A stretch of 63,996 bases of DNA, filler included, from Basidiobolus ranarum (GCA_040143965.1; 7 parts of 7 records of this genome joined end to end with filler, not necessarily neighbours in it); one strand, 5' to 3'. Counted from the whole stretch's first letter, positions 51,281 through 63,219 are shown. The notes: generated by a model from the letters alone, not told the origin. Numbers and translations are program-made.

Positions 51281-52645
51281 ATGGTATATTCTAACCCAGG
51301 TATCTCGGCCTTGGCCATACTGGCTCTGCTCAATATTCGGATCCAGGCTGCCCCCAATGGAGAACCAAACCAAGGTCCAAGATACAATCAACCATTTATG
51401 AGACCACCACCTCCTGGTTATATGGAAAACTACTATAACCAATATCAAGATCCTTGGAGGTGGAGTCCGTATGTGTATGGTGGTCGTGGTTCTCCTCAGC
51501 AAGGTAACGATAGAGATTATATGTGGGGACCTCCAATGTATGATCTAGGTGCTCAGATGATGCCTCCACTACAACCAATAATGCCTCCACCGCAACCAAT
51601 GGCACCACCACTACAACCAACAATGCCTCCACCGCAATCAATGGTGCCTCCACTACAACCAACGGCACCTCCACCACAGCCAGTAGAGCCTCCACTCGGC
51701 TCTGCTAAAGCTCCATCACTGGATTATATGCGACCTATTCCATCCCCCACTCCGCCGCCTGCCATAGAGCGTGGTCCGTCCCCTGGCCAACTCTATGGTG
51801 ACCTGGTCCCTGGTCCAATCACCGGGATCAAGGTAGATTTGAACACAAACGAGCTGAAAAATAGTTTTTCCTCAGGTACTTTTGATTCTATAAAACAAAG
51901 AATTCGTCAACAGAAAATTCTGGGTAATACTCGACCACCACCAGAAGTCAACACGGAAAATGTCATAAACGGAATCAATATTTTGAGTAAAGTAAGTGTT
52001 CGATTGGCTAAACAGATAGAGGAAATAGGCGGCAAAGCTACAGAGATTTCGCGTGTATTAAGTAGTACTTCAGCGTCTCAAAAGAAGCAGAGCAGTCAGC
52101 TGGACAATATGCTGAAGAGAGTGTCGCTTCTGGAACGTAAATTTAAGCTACCTTTGTATAAGGATGATGGAGACGGAACTCGACCAACAAAACCTATTCC
52201 TGTATTTCCGACATACAAACCCTCAGTTGTGGAGGTAAGACCGACGCCTTCGATTGTTACGCAACCTATGCCAAGTATCGTCAATCCTTCAATCAATCCA
52301 ATCAAACCTCCACCAATGTTTCCCGAGTGGCCTCAAGTTAACTGGAATAAGCCTTCGAACAAGCAAGGTGTTGATACGAATATTCTCACTTTTGCCTCAC
52401 GTAGCCGTTCTCCGCGAAAAATATGGACATATGAACGGACTCGTGACGAGTCACGTACCAACAGCTTCAGAAATCGCTATGACTTGGAGGAAGCTTATGA
52501 AAACCAGGGCTGGGGAGATTTAGATAGTGACTATAACACTCTTACTGGGTATGAGTGGGACCAAAGTGGAAGAAAGAACTTCAATGCGCGTGAGAAACCT
52601 ACTACTAACGGTAAGATATTTTTCCAAACATTTGATAAACAATGA
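51281..52645 (+). CDS. Secreted proline-rich orphan protein with a central coiled coil
   Basis: Intronless ORF of ~454 aa: signal-like MVYSNPGISALAILALLNIRIQA, Y/P/Q-rich region, MxPPxQP repeats, heptad region and acidic/aromatic tail. Confidence 0.75.
   Translation: MVYSNPGISALAILALLNIRIQAAPNGEPNQGPRYNQPFMRPPPPGYMENYYNQYQDPWRWSPYVYGGRGSPQQGNDRDYMWGPPMYDLGAQMMPPLQPIMPPPQPMAPPLQPTMPPPQSMVPPLQPTAPPPQPVEPPLGSAKAPSLDYMRPIPSPTPPPAIERGPSPGQLYGDLVPGPITGIKVDLNTNELKNSFSSGTFDSIKQRIRQQKILGNTRPPPEVNTENVINGINILSKVSVRLAKQIEEIGGKATEISRVLSSTSASQKKQSSQLDNMLKRVSLLERKFKLPLYKDDGDGTRPTKPIPVFPTYKPSVVEVRPTPSIVTQPMPSIVNPSINPIKPPPMFPEWPQVNWNKPSNKQGVDTNILTFASRSRSPRKIWTYERTRDESRTNSFRNRYDLEEAYENQGWGDLDSDYNTLTGYEWDQSGRKNFNAREKPTTNGKIFFQTFDKQ
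51559..51690 (+). repeat. 21-bp coding tandem repeat (~6 units of MxPP(L/P)QP)
   Basis: Units such as ATGCCTCCACTACAACCAATA and ATGCCTCCACCGCAACCAATG, with a 42-bp higher-order alternation. Confidence 0.85.
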
Positions 52646-53536
52646 CAATGCTGACTTTTAATGAGAATTAGAAATGGAGCCGTCAGGTTTTAATCGTTTC
52701 TCTGTGTTGAATAGTAGACCTTACACTAAACGTCGAAACCTATGGACGAGAGGGGATGCATGGAGGCCAAGAAGGAGGAGGACAAGTAAAGCTGTAGGCA
52801 AGTCTTTTAAATTGCCAATACCTATTGGTTAGCACTTGATGTTCACACTTTCTGAGATCATAAAATCATTATATGCTAATAAAGAGCTTTGAAATATAAT
52901 TATCCAGTTCATATAGCCCTAGCTCTGGCCCTGGCATGCACTAACCAAATACCGAAGTCATTCCCTACTAATAAAACATAGTATAAGGGGCGGGGCGGGC
53001 CAGGCTGTGAATTACGATTTAAAATAAACTAATCAGTTTTGTCATACACAAGACTACTTACCTAGGGGCTCGTATCCAATCATATTGTTGCCATGGTAAT
53101 TGTTGGCTTTTTTTTGGGATAATATTGTATTTCGTCAGACTAAACTGTGCTTGGATATTTACTCATGCCAGTAGGACGTGGAAATTAATCGATTATTACT
53201 TTTCCTTTTTGATGAACCAACATTACTATCGTAGTGTTTGATATATTGTTCTTCTCTTTTTGACTCCACATTCGCTTAACGCTTTGAATGCCCACTTACT
53301 GTTCTATCTGGACAAGTGACATTTAAACAGTCTACTTCTGAACGCTTTTTGTGTCATACTTTCTTCCTGACTGAACACATTTTCCCATCCCTGTCATTTG
53401 TCAACCTACTCTGAAAACAATTCGCGGTAATTCACTTGTGCGAAAACCAATCTTCAGACATTCTTTCAATTCTTAATTTCATCCTTTTTTTCATTACCAA
53501 GTTGATTTTCCACGTTCTTTTTTTCATCTTCTAAAT

Positions 53537-55841
53537 ATGTCTACTGCCGCTTTGGCCAAGCCAGCTGTTGGGTCTACTTTTTATAGTGATTGTCGTAGAC
53601 TGTTGCGTCGTTTACACAAAGTTCCTTCACTTTCAGGTTTTATAGATTCCCAGCAGGTAGTATGCTCTGCTACCGATTCATATTGTCCCTTTCCTTCCGG
53701 GACGAATCCAATCACAACCTTATGGAACACATTTCGCTTGGGTTCAAGTTTATGTGCCCTTTTTAATGCCACTGAGCCAGAAACTTTATTAGAAGTGGAT
53801 GAAGGTATCACGTTGGATAACCTTAAGGCCTGTAAGCATAGTGTATACCATTTCTTACTGGGTTGTAAAAACCAACTTGGACTGAACGATGACGCTCTAT
53901 TTACCATTACAGAGCTGTACCAAGATGATACTAATAAATTTTTAAAGGTAAGATACAGAAACCAGTCTTGTCTAAAGAATACGAACTAAACATGACCTAG
54001 GTATCCCACACTGTAGAACTACTACTTCAACTGATGGTTGACAAAGGACTACTTAATGAAGAGGATAATACCTCCGAGGATGACTCATTAGTACCAGGGA
54101 GTGCAGGAGACTCGACGCTGGATCCACTTTCCAGTACTGCACAGGAACGTCTTCGTAAACAGACAGTGAAGGAGTTATTAATAACGGAGCGTAAATATGT
54201 CCAAGATTTAGAGACGCTTCAGGTGAGTGCATCTTATTTCAATAAGCAGCTAAAAGAGGATTTCAATCTAATTTTGGCCTTGACAGGAATATATGCAAGA
54301 GCTTCAATCGCAGAAAGTTGTCTCTAACGATGTACTTCGTAATTTATTTGCCAATCTAAATGGACTCGTGGATTTCCAACGACGATTTCTTATCGGCGTA
54401 GAAGCCAATGCAGAATTGCCACCAACAGAGCAGAGATTCGGAGCGTTGTTCATTCAAATGGTAATCCCAATGGAGGCTATGAAAGCTATGAAATTCTCAC
54501 TAATCATCAAGGATACATCTAGGAAAATAGCTTCAACGTATACGAGCCGTTCTGCGCGAATTACTTGCACGCATCGGAGATTGTTCTGACCGAAGCGCCC
54601 AACCTAATGGTTAGTATAGGTTAGCAGCCAAGCTAGATATCCCAATCTAATGGAATTCCATATAAATCCACTTAGAAATTGGCACATGTGGTCGAACCCA
54701 CGTACGGACTACCGTCATTGCTTATCAAGCCAGTTCAGCGCGTGTGCAAATATCCTCTATTACTTGCGGTAAATATACTTGCCATAGTTGTCGCTTAATT
54801 CTAGTTTTAACGCATTCATCTGTTCATGATAGCAATTGGTGAAGCTCATGTCGCCGGATGAGCCGTACTACCAAGAACTTCTAGATGGGTTAGAAGCGGT
54901 CAAGCGAGTTACAGACGGTGTGAATGAGACTCAACGAAAGGAGGAGAATCTAATTGAATTGAAAAAATTGGAGAAAATCATCGAGAATTGGAATGGACCG
55001 TCATTATCGTACTTTGGTGAATTACACTTGTTCGAGAAGTTGTCAGTCACCGTTAACGATGTTGAACGTGAATGCTGGCTTTATTTATTTGACAAAGCTC
55101 TGTTGGTTTGCAAAGAAACCGCCGCTAGCAGAAAAGCCAACAAAAATACCAACGCAAAAAAACCACTCGCTCTACACAACAAAGCCACTCTACTCATTAG
55201 AGAGATTAGATCGCTCGTGCCAACCGCGCGAAATGGTTAGTGGTTTGGCAAGTAGCCAATGAAGTTCACTAACTAACCAGTTTCCATAATCTTAGGTACT
55301 TACTCGATCAAAGTTGACTGGCTGAACTCAGAGACGATCATTAGTCCTGCAAACGAAGAGCATTTCAAGCTGTGGACTTCTACCATAGAGAAAGTTCGCG
55401 ACGCATACAAGATATCTAGATTGAGCAAGCAGGCGGCATTAAAGCACCCCGGCCTATCCCGTACTCATTCAAACACCTCTGAGATTGAGGCTCACCAAGC
55501 CAACTGGAATTCAGATGACGACACGGTGTCATTTATTGACCAGCAGGAAGACAATGATGATGATGACACTTTCCTTACTCCCAGGCGTATTTCTACTAGA
55601 AGCTCCTCCGGCACATTGAACAGAAGTCGAAGCCTATCGAATCCTTTTCACATTAGCTCTGATGGGGTAGATTACCCACCCATGTCATTGCCACCTTTAC
55701 CAAGACCAGAAAATACATTTACAACCCAACACCCTGGTCACTTGAGTGCACCAGCACCAGCCCCGGCATCTATCTCCCAGTCATCTTATGAACAGTCGCA
55801 GGCATTCCTTGGGGAGCAGTTTCGAAAGTTGCAGATGGAGA
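53537..55841 (+). CDS. CDC24: Cdc24/Scd1-type Rho GEF (CH-like CDC24 domain, DH, PH); 3' truncated by linker
   Basis: PITTLWNTFRLGSSLCALFN; ACKHSVYHFL; LFTITELYQDDTNKFLK|V; DH motifs KELLITERKYVQDLETLQ and LIKPVQRVCKYPLLL; PH motifs FGELHL..YLFDKALLVCKE. Confidence 0.9.
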
Positions 55842-55941
55842 NNNNNNNNNNNNNNNNNNNNNNNNNNNNNNNNNNNNNNNNNNNNTTAATTAATTAANNN
55901 NNNNNNNNNNNNNNNNNNNNNNNNNNNNNNNNNNNNNNNNN

Positions 55942-56195
55942 GTTTTGTCAAGATGTAAACAAACTAACATGTAGAATGTGTTAAGGAAGGTCCCAGGAAC
56001 ATGTGTGCAAAGTTTGGAGCTTCTAGCACAAGTTTGAAAAAATCTATATATCTGAGAACTCCTAAGTTGTTAAAATATTCCCAGTAAATTCCGATTGAGA
56101 ATAATTGATAATATCTTAGTGAATTATAAGATAACTAAGTACTAAGCTATATATGACTATATAGGTGTTTAGGCAATGCCAATTTCAACAAAAGG
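55942..56195. repeat. Dispersed repeat family A copy (inverted relative to 140-317)
   Basis: Alignable with the reverse complement of 141-317 and directly with 59010-59250. Confidence 0.75.
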
Positions 56196-56907
56196 TGCAT
56201 ATAGTTCTGAGCACTTTGCCAGCTCATTAAGTAATGTGCGTAATTTTTTAAAACTACAAAAGGTTCCTGATGTGAGTGCAATTTCGGGATTCACTGATTA
56301 ATTAACTGATTAAATTCATTTCGATTGTGCTATTTTTATAGGGTTGATCAGGAGAAAATCGCGTGGCGTACCTGGTGGATTTGGGAGTGTGATAAATTCG
56401 ACACTTGTAAACAAAAATGACGACTCATTTTCGATGTCTTGTAACTTTTGTTTGCGATGCCAGTTCGTTTTGAAATTTGTACCTAGAGTTAAATAATAGT
56501 AGGGAAAGATCTCCCTAAAGTTTGAAAATTTTTTGTCCAGCGGCTCTGGAGATATGTGCCTTTTTATAATAGTTTCGGTAGTTGTGAGGCGTATAGAAAA
56601 AGTAGAAACATAAAACTTGGCGAAGTTTGAGGTTTGGTTATTGGCTATACGTGTGTAAAGTATTGAGATGATTGAGGTATTATATTATCTCCAATTTTGT
56701 CATCGTATTTTGTTCAATAGCATATGAAGGGAGAAGATACAATTACTCCGTATGAGGACTACCAAATAGCTACCCTCTATCCAAACAAGTGTCGGTAAAC
56801 ATGTACAGAAAGACAGGTAACGATAGAAAATTTTTATATATTGGAAATTGCATTCCTAAGTTGAAGTGTTGAAGTAACGCTAGTTATTGGCTTAATGCTG
56901 TTGGAGG

Positions 56908-58000
56908 TTATTTTATACATAATGCATTTGGAGGAGACGCTACACCTTTATACTTATTTAGAGGTGCACTTGTGAAGAAATACTCATAGATCCCATCTTC
57001 GGCTGAACTCTCTGCAAGAGCATCTAGATAAAACAATTCACCGATAGGCATCCCCCAACCACCCAGCAAAAGCGCATCTATTCAAAAGAAAATCATCAAT
57101 ATTTATACACAGTGTGGTATTGTTCAGAAAAAAGACACTTTACGACAGGAAGAATCCAGGTCATTAGGTGGCCATGCTTCAAAAGCTACATTATCTGCAG
57201 CCACAGCAGCAAAATGATGATTCCATATCCAAGCGAATGTATCTTCTCCAGCTTTAATACCAGCTGAGGCAGTATTCGTGGGATCCGGAATTTCTGAAGC
57301 TAGCTTGTCACCCAAGCGATCATGTTTAGTGGTCCAACCAGTACGTAGCAACAAAACATCACCTTGGCGGAACTCTACATTCTGAACTTTTGCCACTTGA
57401 TCTAACTCTGCAACCGTGATTTCATTACGTTGAAAAGGATCAAAATCGGGGCGATGTTTTTGCGCCCACCGACCATAGTCCAAAAGTACTGCACGCGTAG
57501 CGATACCGTGACGAGCTATATGATGAATACCCAGACGTTCATGGCCATGGTCTCCTTTTTCAGGCGTCAACTCGGAAGGATCGATGTTGTTATAATACTT
57601 GGCCGCCGGCATGTAACTGAAATGATTCAACCCATCCCATTGCGATGAGGCTTGCGTATTGTAATTATCGTACTCATCATCAAAGGCCAAATCATTTGGA
57701 GTCAATGATTTTAATAAATGTTTCATGGTTGGGCGACCTGCTAACGTTAAACGTGGCTTCTCCATTTCCCAATTTAGTGGAAAATATCGGCCTTTCTTGA
57801 TACATTGGGCCGCCTTGAGAGAGAATTGGCATGAGAATTTCTAGATTTTTTCAAGGCTACAAATAGCATACCTTAGTAGTCATTTCATTGGTCACCTTAT
57901 TCAACGTTCCCAAACTATCATCTTCACCCCAAAGTCCCCAGGCTGTCTTGCCAGGATACTTGCTATCAATAGGTAATTGAGCATAGTTGGGAAGTGACAT
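56908..58000 (-). CDS. Cyclase-family (kynurenine formamidase-like) metal hydrolase
   Basis: AWGLWGEDDSLGTLN, NTQASSQWDGLNH, GIATRAVLLD, GDVLLLRTG, AAVAADNVAFEAWP, WGMPIGELF.LDAL, GVASPPNA. Two introns. Confidence 0.9.
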
Positions 58001-58909
58001 TTGTTCAATAATAAACGGTATTACGAAACCAAGTTCAAAAAAGACGAGTAAATTACTACGAAGGTATCTCGAGACATATATACATAACAATTTCAACGGT
58101 GCTACCTTGATTTCTAAGCTGTACAAAAAAGATACTTGCGTGATCATAGATAACTTGTCCGAATGCATTGCTAATAATATACTCTTTTTAAAGCACTCCC
58201 GGTATGATTACTGGATTCATGGCTGGCACAAACTCAATGAAGGTCTTGAATGTAAACATCAACAGTGATAGCATCATTTACAAACAGGAATTTTTGGGAA
58301 TTCTTACTAAGCTGACTAATTAAATGGATTCCGCCATTTTCAACATCTTTGATGGAACTAAATCATGCCATGAATTTTGATTTAAAAATTTAGTAGTACT
58401 TGTAATTGTTGGGCAAAAAGATTTTCATAAGACTTTCACCGCTCAGAGAATGTGTATACCAAAGGTAGCCAGTATCTTTTCATCAATAGTTATCCCTTTT
58501 CAGGCTAAATTTGTCATTTTCTTTATCCAACATTTTGGTGTGTCAGGAAAAATGCAGAGTCCATATTCAGAATTATCTATGATTAATAGGTCAACAATAC
58601 TCTTTAACCATGCAATAGGCTTTAGAGCAAACAATGGGATTGTGTTCAGAACATCTGTAGAAATACTATTAGTTATTTTAGAGCTAATTTGAATGACAAA
58701 ATATTAAGTATAACATTGCTAACTCTTGGATTAGTGTGAGCTCAATCCAGTCTATTTTATACATCTCTAGTATACATGTTGTCTCAGACTTGGCTACTTG
58801 GCTAAATCCCTACTTCACCATTGCATTCTTTTTGCCACTATAAAAAAACATACAGGTGCAAGTCTACTCTGGTATTGCTCCCCTTTCTTTGGCTAAAATA
58901 GCACCCAGC

Positions 58910-59253
58910 CACTGTTGAAGTATTTCAGGAGTTGTTGGAAGTGATTCGGCGAACAAGAATTGGTGGGTTTCACTAAATGATTTATTGAGTGTAAGTTAAC
59001 ATTTATACTTTTGTCCAGAAGTAGATAACCCAACGAGTACAATATGTTTCGGAAGGTCCCAGAAACATAGGCACAAAGTTTGGGGTCTGTTGGAAAAGTT
59101 TGAGAAAATCATATTCTCTTTAAACTTCCAAGTTGGTGAAAATATTGAGCGTAAATTACTCATGAAGATATTGAATGATGGCATAGTGAAATTTAGGTAG
59201 CTAACTATGACTATATAGATCCTTAAGCTATGTCATTTTCAACAGCCACCGTA
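58910..59253. repeat. Dispersed repeat family A copy with a candidate terminus
   Basis: Inverse similarity to 140-420. The minus strand begins TA|CGGTGGCTGTTGAAAATGAC. Confidence 0.65.
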
Positions 59254-59781
59254 CTTAATTGACTATTGCAGCATATTTACTATCTTTGAAGTTTCCCTAA
59301 GAAGGAAACAAAGATACATTTTCAACCTTATGGTCCAAGAAGGCAAGCAAATGTTGAACATGAGCAGTGCATATTGACAATTCAGTATTTCAATAGCTAT
59401 CTGTGACTAGCACTCATTAATGGTAAACTTTGATTCAATGTCTAGGCCATGTGTTGGAGCTTGAATAGCTAAAACACATTCTGCATCAACTAATTTTGTA
59501 TGGCCTAGGATAGGTAAGACCAGCGAATAAAATTCAAGCGAGCAGCATAGCTGAGGCTTATTGATCGGTCAGATGTAAATGGAAATGTTGAACAAATACA
59601 ATTTCTGTTGTGATGAACTCAGAATATTGAATTCAAAACAATAGTATTTTTCTTTCAAGATTTCCCTCCTACTATATATGGAAAGCCGATATTTATAGAT
59701 CAATTTATTTTAAAACACTGATAATTATTAAGTTACAAGTTTGGTGATATTAACTGATATATTTGAAATTTGATGGTTCGC

Positions 59782-60428
59782 TTAGAGCATGGCCAAAGCT
59801 GCACCTAAGGTACCAACAAGTGCTACGGTAGAAATCATGAAACTTGAAGCGGAATTGCCTTTGTCATGACTAACATCTCCAGTAGCATTCTTGGATTCGG
59901 CCGGGCTAGCATCCTTAGTAGTATTCTGGGCTTTGTCGTGGCTAGCAACATCAGTAGTATTCTTGCTGTTGCTCTCGGTGGTATTTTTTACAACTGGACT
60001 TGCGACTGGGCTTGCGACTGGACTTGCGACTGGGCTTGCGACTGGGCTTGCGACTGAGCTATCACTATTGGAACTATTTTCATCAGAAAGGAAGTGTTGC
60101 TTAACACAATTCAGATTACACTGATCGCTCTCTCCATTAGGAAGGTGGATACAATTTAGTCTTTCACATTCGGTTGTACTTTGCACTTGTTGTTTGGATA
60201 CGTGAGGAACTCCAACGCACTTAGCAATACAATTAACATCTCTTGGGTTGCAGCTTGCAATACAATTTGCTTCAGTAACTGTGAAAAGAAAGTTAATAAC
60301 ATATCGACGATGATCTCCGGCTAAATTGGGAAATCCTTACCAGTAGCATTATTAGAAGCAGTGTTGTCACCAAGTACAGCGAGAGCAGAGACGGCAACCA
60401 GGAGAGAGTATTTGATGGCACACTTCAT
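59782..60428 (-). CDS. GPI-anchored Cys-rich, Ser/Thr-rich cell-surface protein
   Basis: Signal MKCAIKYSLLVAVSALAVLG and one intron, then CIASCNPRDVNCIAKCVGVP..TTEC...C..C...C, SPVA repeats, N-x-T sequons, an NSASS omega-like site and a hydrophobic tail. Confidence 0.85.
59990..60056 (-). repeat. 12-bp coding tandem repeat (SPVA, about 5 units)
   Basis: Repeated ACTGG(A/G)CTTGCG units on the plus strand. Confidence 0.9.
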
Positions 60429-60987
60429 ATTGGAGTAAGTTAAATTAATTGTTATTGAATCCGACTTTCACCATCAGTTTTATAAGCAAATACGAAGCAT
60501 CTTCCGCTTTCGTAGTATCAACAGAGATTCACCAAAAATGGAACCAAGAAAAAAAGTGCTTCTCCATCACGTCTAGCTCAACACTTTCACAACTGAACAT
60601 GAGATGTATATACCAATCCATGGTCAGGTAACCATAAAGGGATGAAGAATGTTCTACCATCCTATCTATAGATGAAAACCCTTCCAATCACAGCACCAGA
60701 ACGCGCTTGGCCACTACTAGCATGTTGTAGTCTTATCCTTAATGGTTGTTGATGTTTTCATCTCGTAAATACTTGAGGATAATCATGGACCCACATCAAA
60801 GTGTGGCTTTGAGTAAGTTTATTACTTTTAAAGTAGTAAGGTTAAGGTAGAGTAAAGTAGTAACGGTCGTGTTGGAAGGATTACCTACCTAATCTCAGTT
60901 GCGTGTAGTAAACATCAAAAGTGCTTAATGAATGCAATATGATGTGTGAACATAGAGATGGGAATGGGGTGAGGATGAGGACGACAT

Positions 60988-61915
60988 CAACTGATAGCGC
61001 AGCCTTTGCTTTTGGATTTCCCAGTTTTGTGACTCTAAAGTTCAAAAATTAGTAAGAGGAAGGACTACAGATTTGTCTTCGTACTTACCTCCTTGCGTGC
61101 ATTGGGCTGGGTAGTCTTCGATCTAATGTTAAGTGTTAATTTAGCCAATCTTGTTCAAGAAAAGATGGATTTGACGTGTTTGAAGTACCCATTAAACAGT
61201 GTCCGTTTGGAGGCCTTACCAGTGCCTATACGAAAATTACAGGTGAGTATAAGGAAACCTAAAGATTGTTTACGATAACACAATACCTCCAGGCTTAGCA
61301 TCTTTGGGACAATCGTGGTCTACCTCAAAGCGATGCTTCAAACAGTATTGTTTTTGACAGGAAGGACATTTAGCCGAGACCAATACTTTTGTCTTGCAAG
61401 TACGATATGAGCACGCGTTTTTATAGGCTGGCGACTTATCAGTAGTAGTAGCTGCATCTTTACAGCCATTTCTTATGTGCTCATCCATCTTTAACGTGAT
61501 ATTTAGTATACAACATCACTGAAATACAATAAAGATATAGAAATGAATAAGTACCCGTCGGTTTGGATTCTCCCCTTTATTTACCGGTACTGGTTTTGCA
61601 CATAATGGACAAACGGGGACCCTTACATCCATAGACTCCGTTTGATATGGACATTGGTGATTTTCAGTTCTCCAATGGTCTTGACTATAGTTTACAATAA
61701 ACTAGATGAGTTCCTTATGTTTCAAAAAGAATCTTTTGATATTATTAATTACCAGAAATCACGTTTACATAGATGGCATTTGTACGGTAAAAAGTCTATC
61801 ACAGTAATTGTGCAGTTTAATATTGGAGAAGATTAACTGACAAATCTCAAAGGATCTCACCTAATTGGTTGCAATCGTTCAAAGCACAATTTTTGCCGAT
61901 ATGCGGTAGTTCCAT
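60988..61915 (-). CDS. AN1-type zinc finger protein (ZFAND2/AIRAP-like); 3' end uncertain
   Basis: MELPHIGKNCALNDCNQL|DFLPYKC..C..DF, CPLCAKPVP..GENPN, MDEHIRNGC, second AN1 finger CS...CK...KCPSCQKQYCLKHRFEVDHDC. Confidence 0.85.
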
Positions 61916-62589
61916 TATTATTATTATTAGAAAGTAAGTGAGAGAGAGGATGTTTCTAGGATAAAATACAAATGGCTTCGATGGAAGTCCCAAGTTAGTG
62001 TTGAAACGAAGTGTTTAATAAGTTATACGAAGTCGCTTGAATAGGGAATTTTTAGAAGTTTAATGATTTATTAGAAATCCAGTATTTGGTGGAATTTCTA
62101 TAGTTTCTAATATATAATGCTGTACTTCAATTACTCACTTCTCTAGTCACTCGTAGAAGTTTCTATTTTTGTACCCAAATACCGCAGATTTCTTAGTCTT
62201 CGTTACAGGTCGGTTTAAAATGAACTCTACCAAACTCATAACCCTAACAATTCAAGTGCTACTTTCTTTTATTAAGGAAATCGATATATCTAACATATCG
62301 CGAAATAGGTGTCGGTAAAAACAAATCGTTGCATTCAAAAAAACCTTGGTCTGCATATTAGGTATTCATCAAGAGGAAGGAGATAGAGGAAAGAGCTTAT
62401 CTTATAAAGTGGAAGACAAAAAACTGCTTTGAGTAAGAAATATATATACACATCCTAATTACTCGAAGGTGCGTATGAAATAGGTGAAATTCAGAAAGAT
62501 AACACCTAAAAGTAAAATAAACAAGTCGAAAATCCTTCCAAATATCAATACTTCCAAGATTTCATAAAGATACGCGTATATCTACCACA

Positions 62590-63219
62590 TTATTCAGTTT
62601 TTCTTTTCTTATTCAGGACTTCGTTTTCCAAAGGTTCATCATAGTCTTCCTCATCTAGTAGCATACTCCGCTTCTGAAGCACGTTAGCAGTAACCATTTC
62701 CTCCTGATTTTGAAGCACATTAGCAGTAACCATATCCTCCTGATTTTGAAGCACATTAGCAGTAACCATATCCTCCTGATTTTGAAGCACATTAGCGGTA
62801 ATCATTTCCTCTTGATTTGAAAGGACGTTAGCAGCAACTGTTTCCTCTTGATTCTGAAGCACGCTATCAGCGGCCATTTCTTCTTGATCTAATTTCTCCT
62901 CTAATGGTTGATGGGAGTCGTTTTCGTTTTCGATCTTAATTTCGGTATTGCGTGCCTCCAATTCTTGTCTTAGCTGAGCTTTATATTGCATTTTTCTCTG
63001 TTGCTCTTGTAAGCTACGATATTCTTCATAGAGCAACTCGTCCGTATCAGATAATTCTTCCAAATTAGCTGATTCTGAGTCAGAGAAGTCAGTAGATATA
63101 TCGCTATCAGAATCACTCGAGGAATCAACGTAACTCTGGTTGCAAATAAGCTCGTTATTCTTCATCCATAACAACATAAAAGTTGAAAGTAAAGCTTTTG
63201 TACGATCATCCAAAGCCAT
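62590..63219 (-). CDS. Orphan acidic protein with a coiled coil, 13-aa tandem repeats and a C-terminal basic NLS-like motif
   Basis: 209-aa intronless ORF with a D/S/E tract, a Q/E coiled coil, six NQE(E/D)MVTANVLQ-like units and NKKRKTE*. Confidence 0.7.
   Translation of the reverse strand: MALDDRTKALLSTFMLLWMKNNELICNQSYVDSSSDSDSDISTDFSDSESANLEELSDTDELLYEEYRSLQEQQRKMQYKAQLRQELEARNTEIKIENENDSHQPLEEKLDQEEMAADSVLQNQEETVAANVLSNQEEMITANVLQNQEDMVTANVLQNQEDMVTANVLQNQEEMVTANVLQKRSMLLDEEDYDEPLENEVLNKKRKTE
62672..62892 (-). repeat. 39-bp coding tandem repeat, about 6 units
   Basis: Near-identical units TTTTGAAGCACATTAGCAGTAACCAT(A/T)TCCTCCTGA in the centre, diverging towards the ends. Confidence 0.9.

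Noticed and set aside
54001..54008. GTATCCCA in CDC24 as a U12 donor
   Set aside because: It directly follows an AG acceptor and encodes the exon start VSHTV.
62672..62892. 39-bp repeats as a CRISPR-like array
   Set aside because: Head-to-tail units with no unique spacers, in frame within an ORF, in a eukaryotic context with no cas genes.
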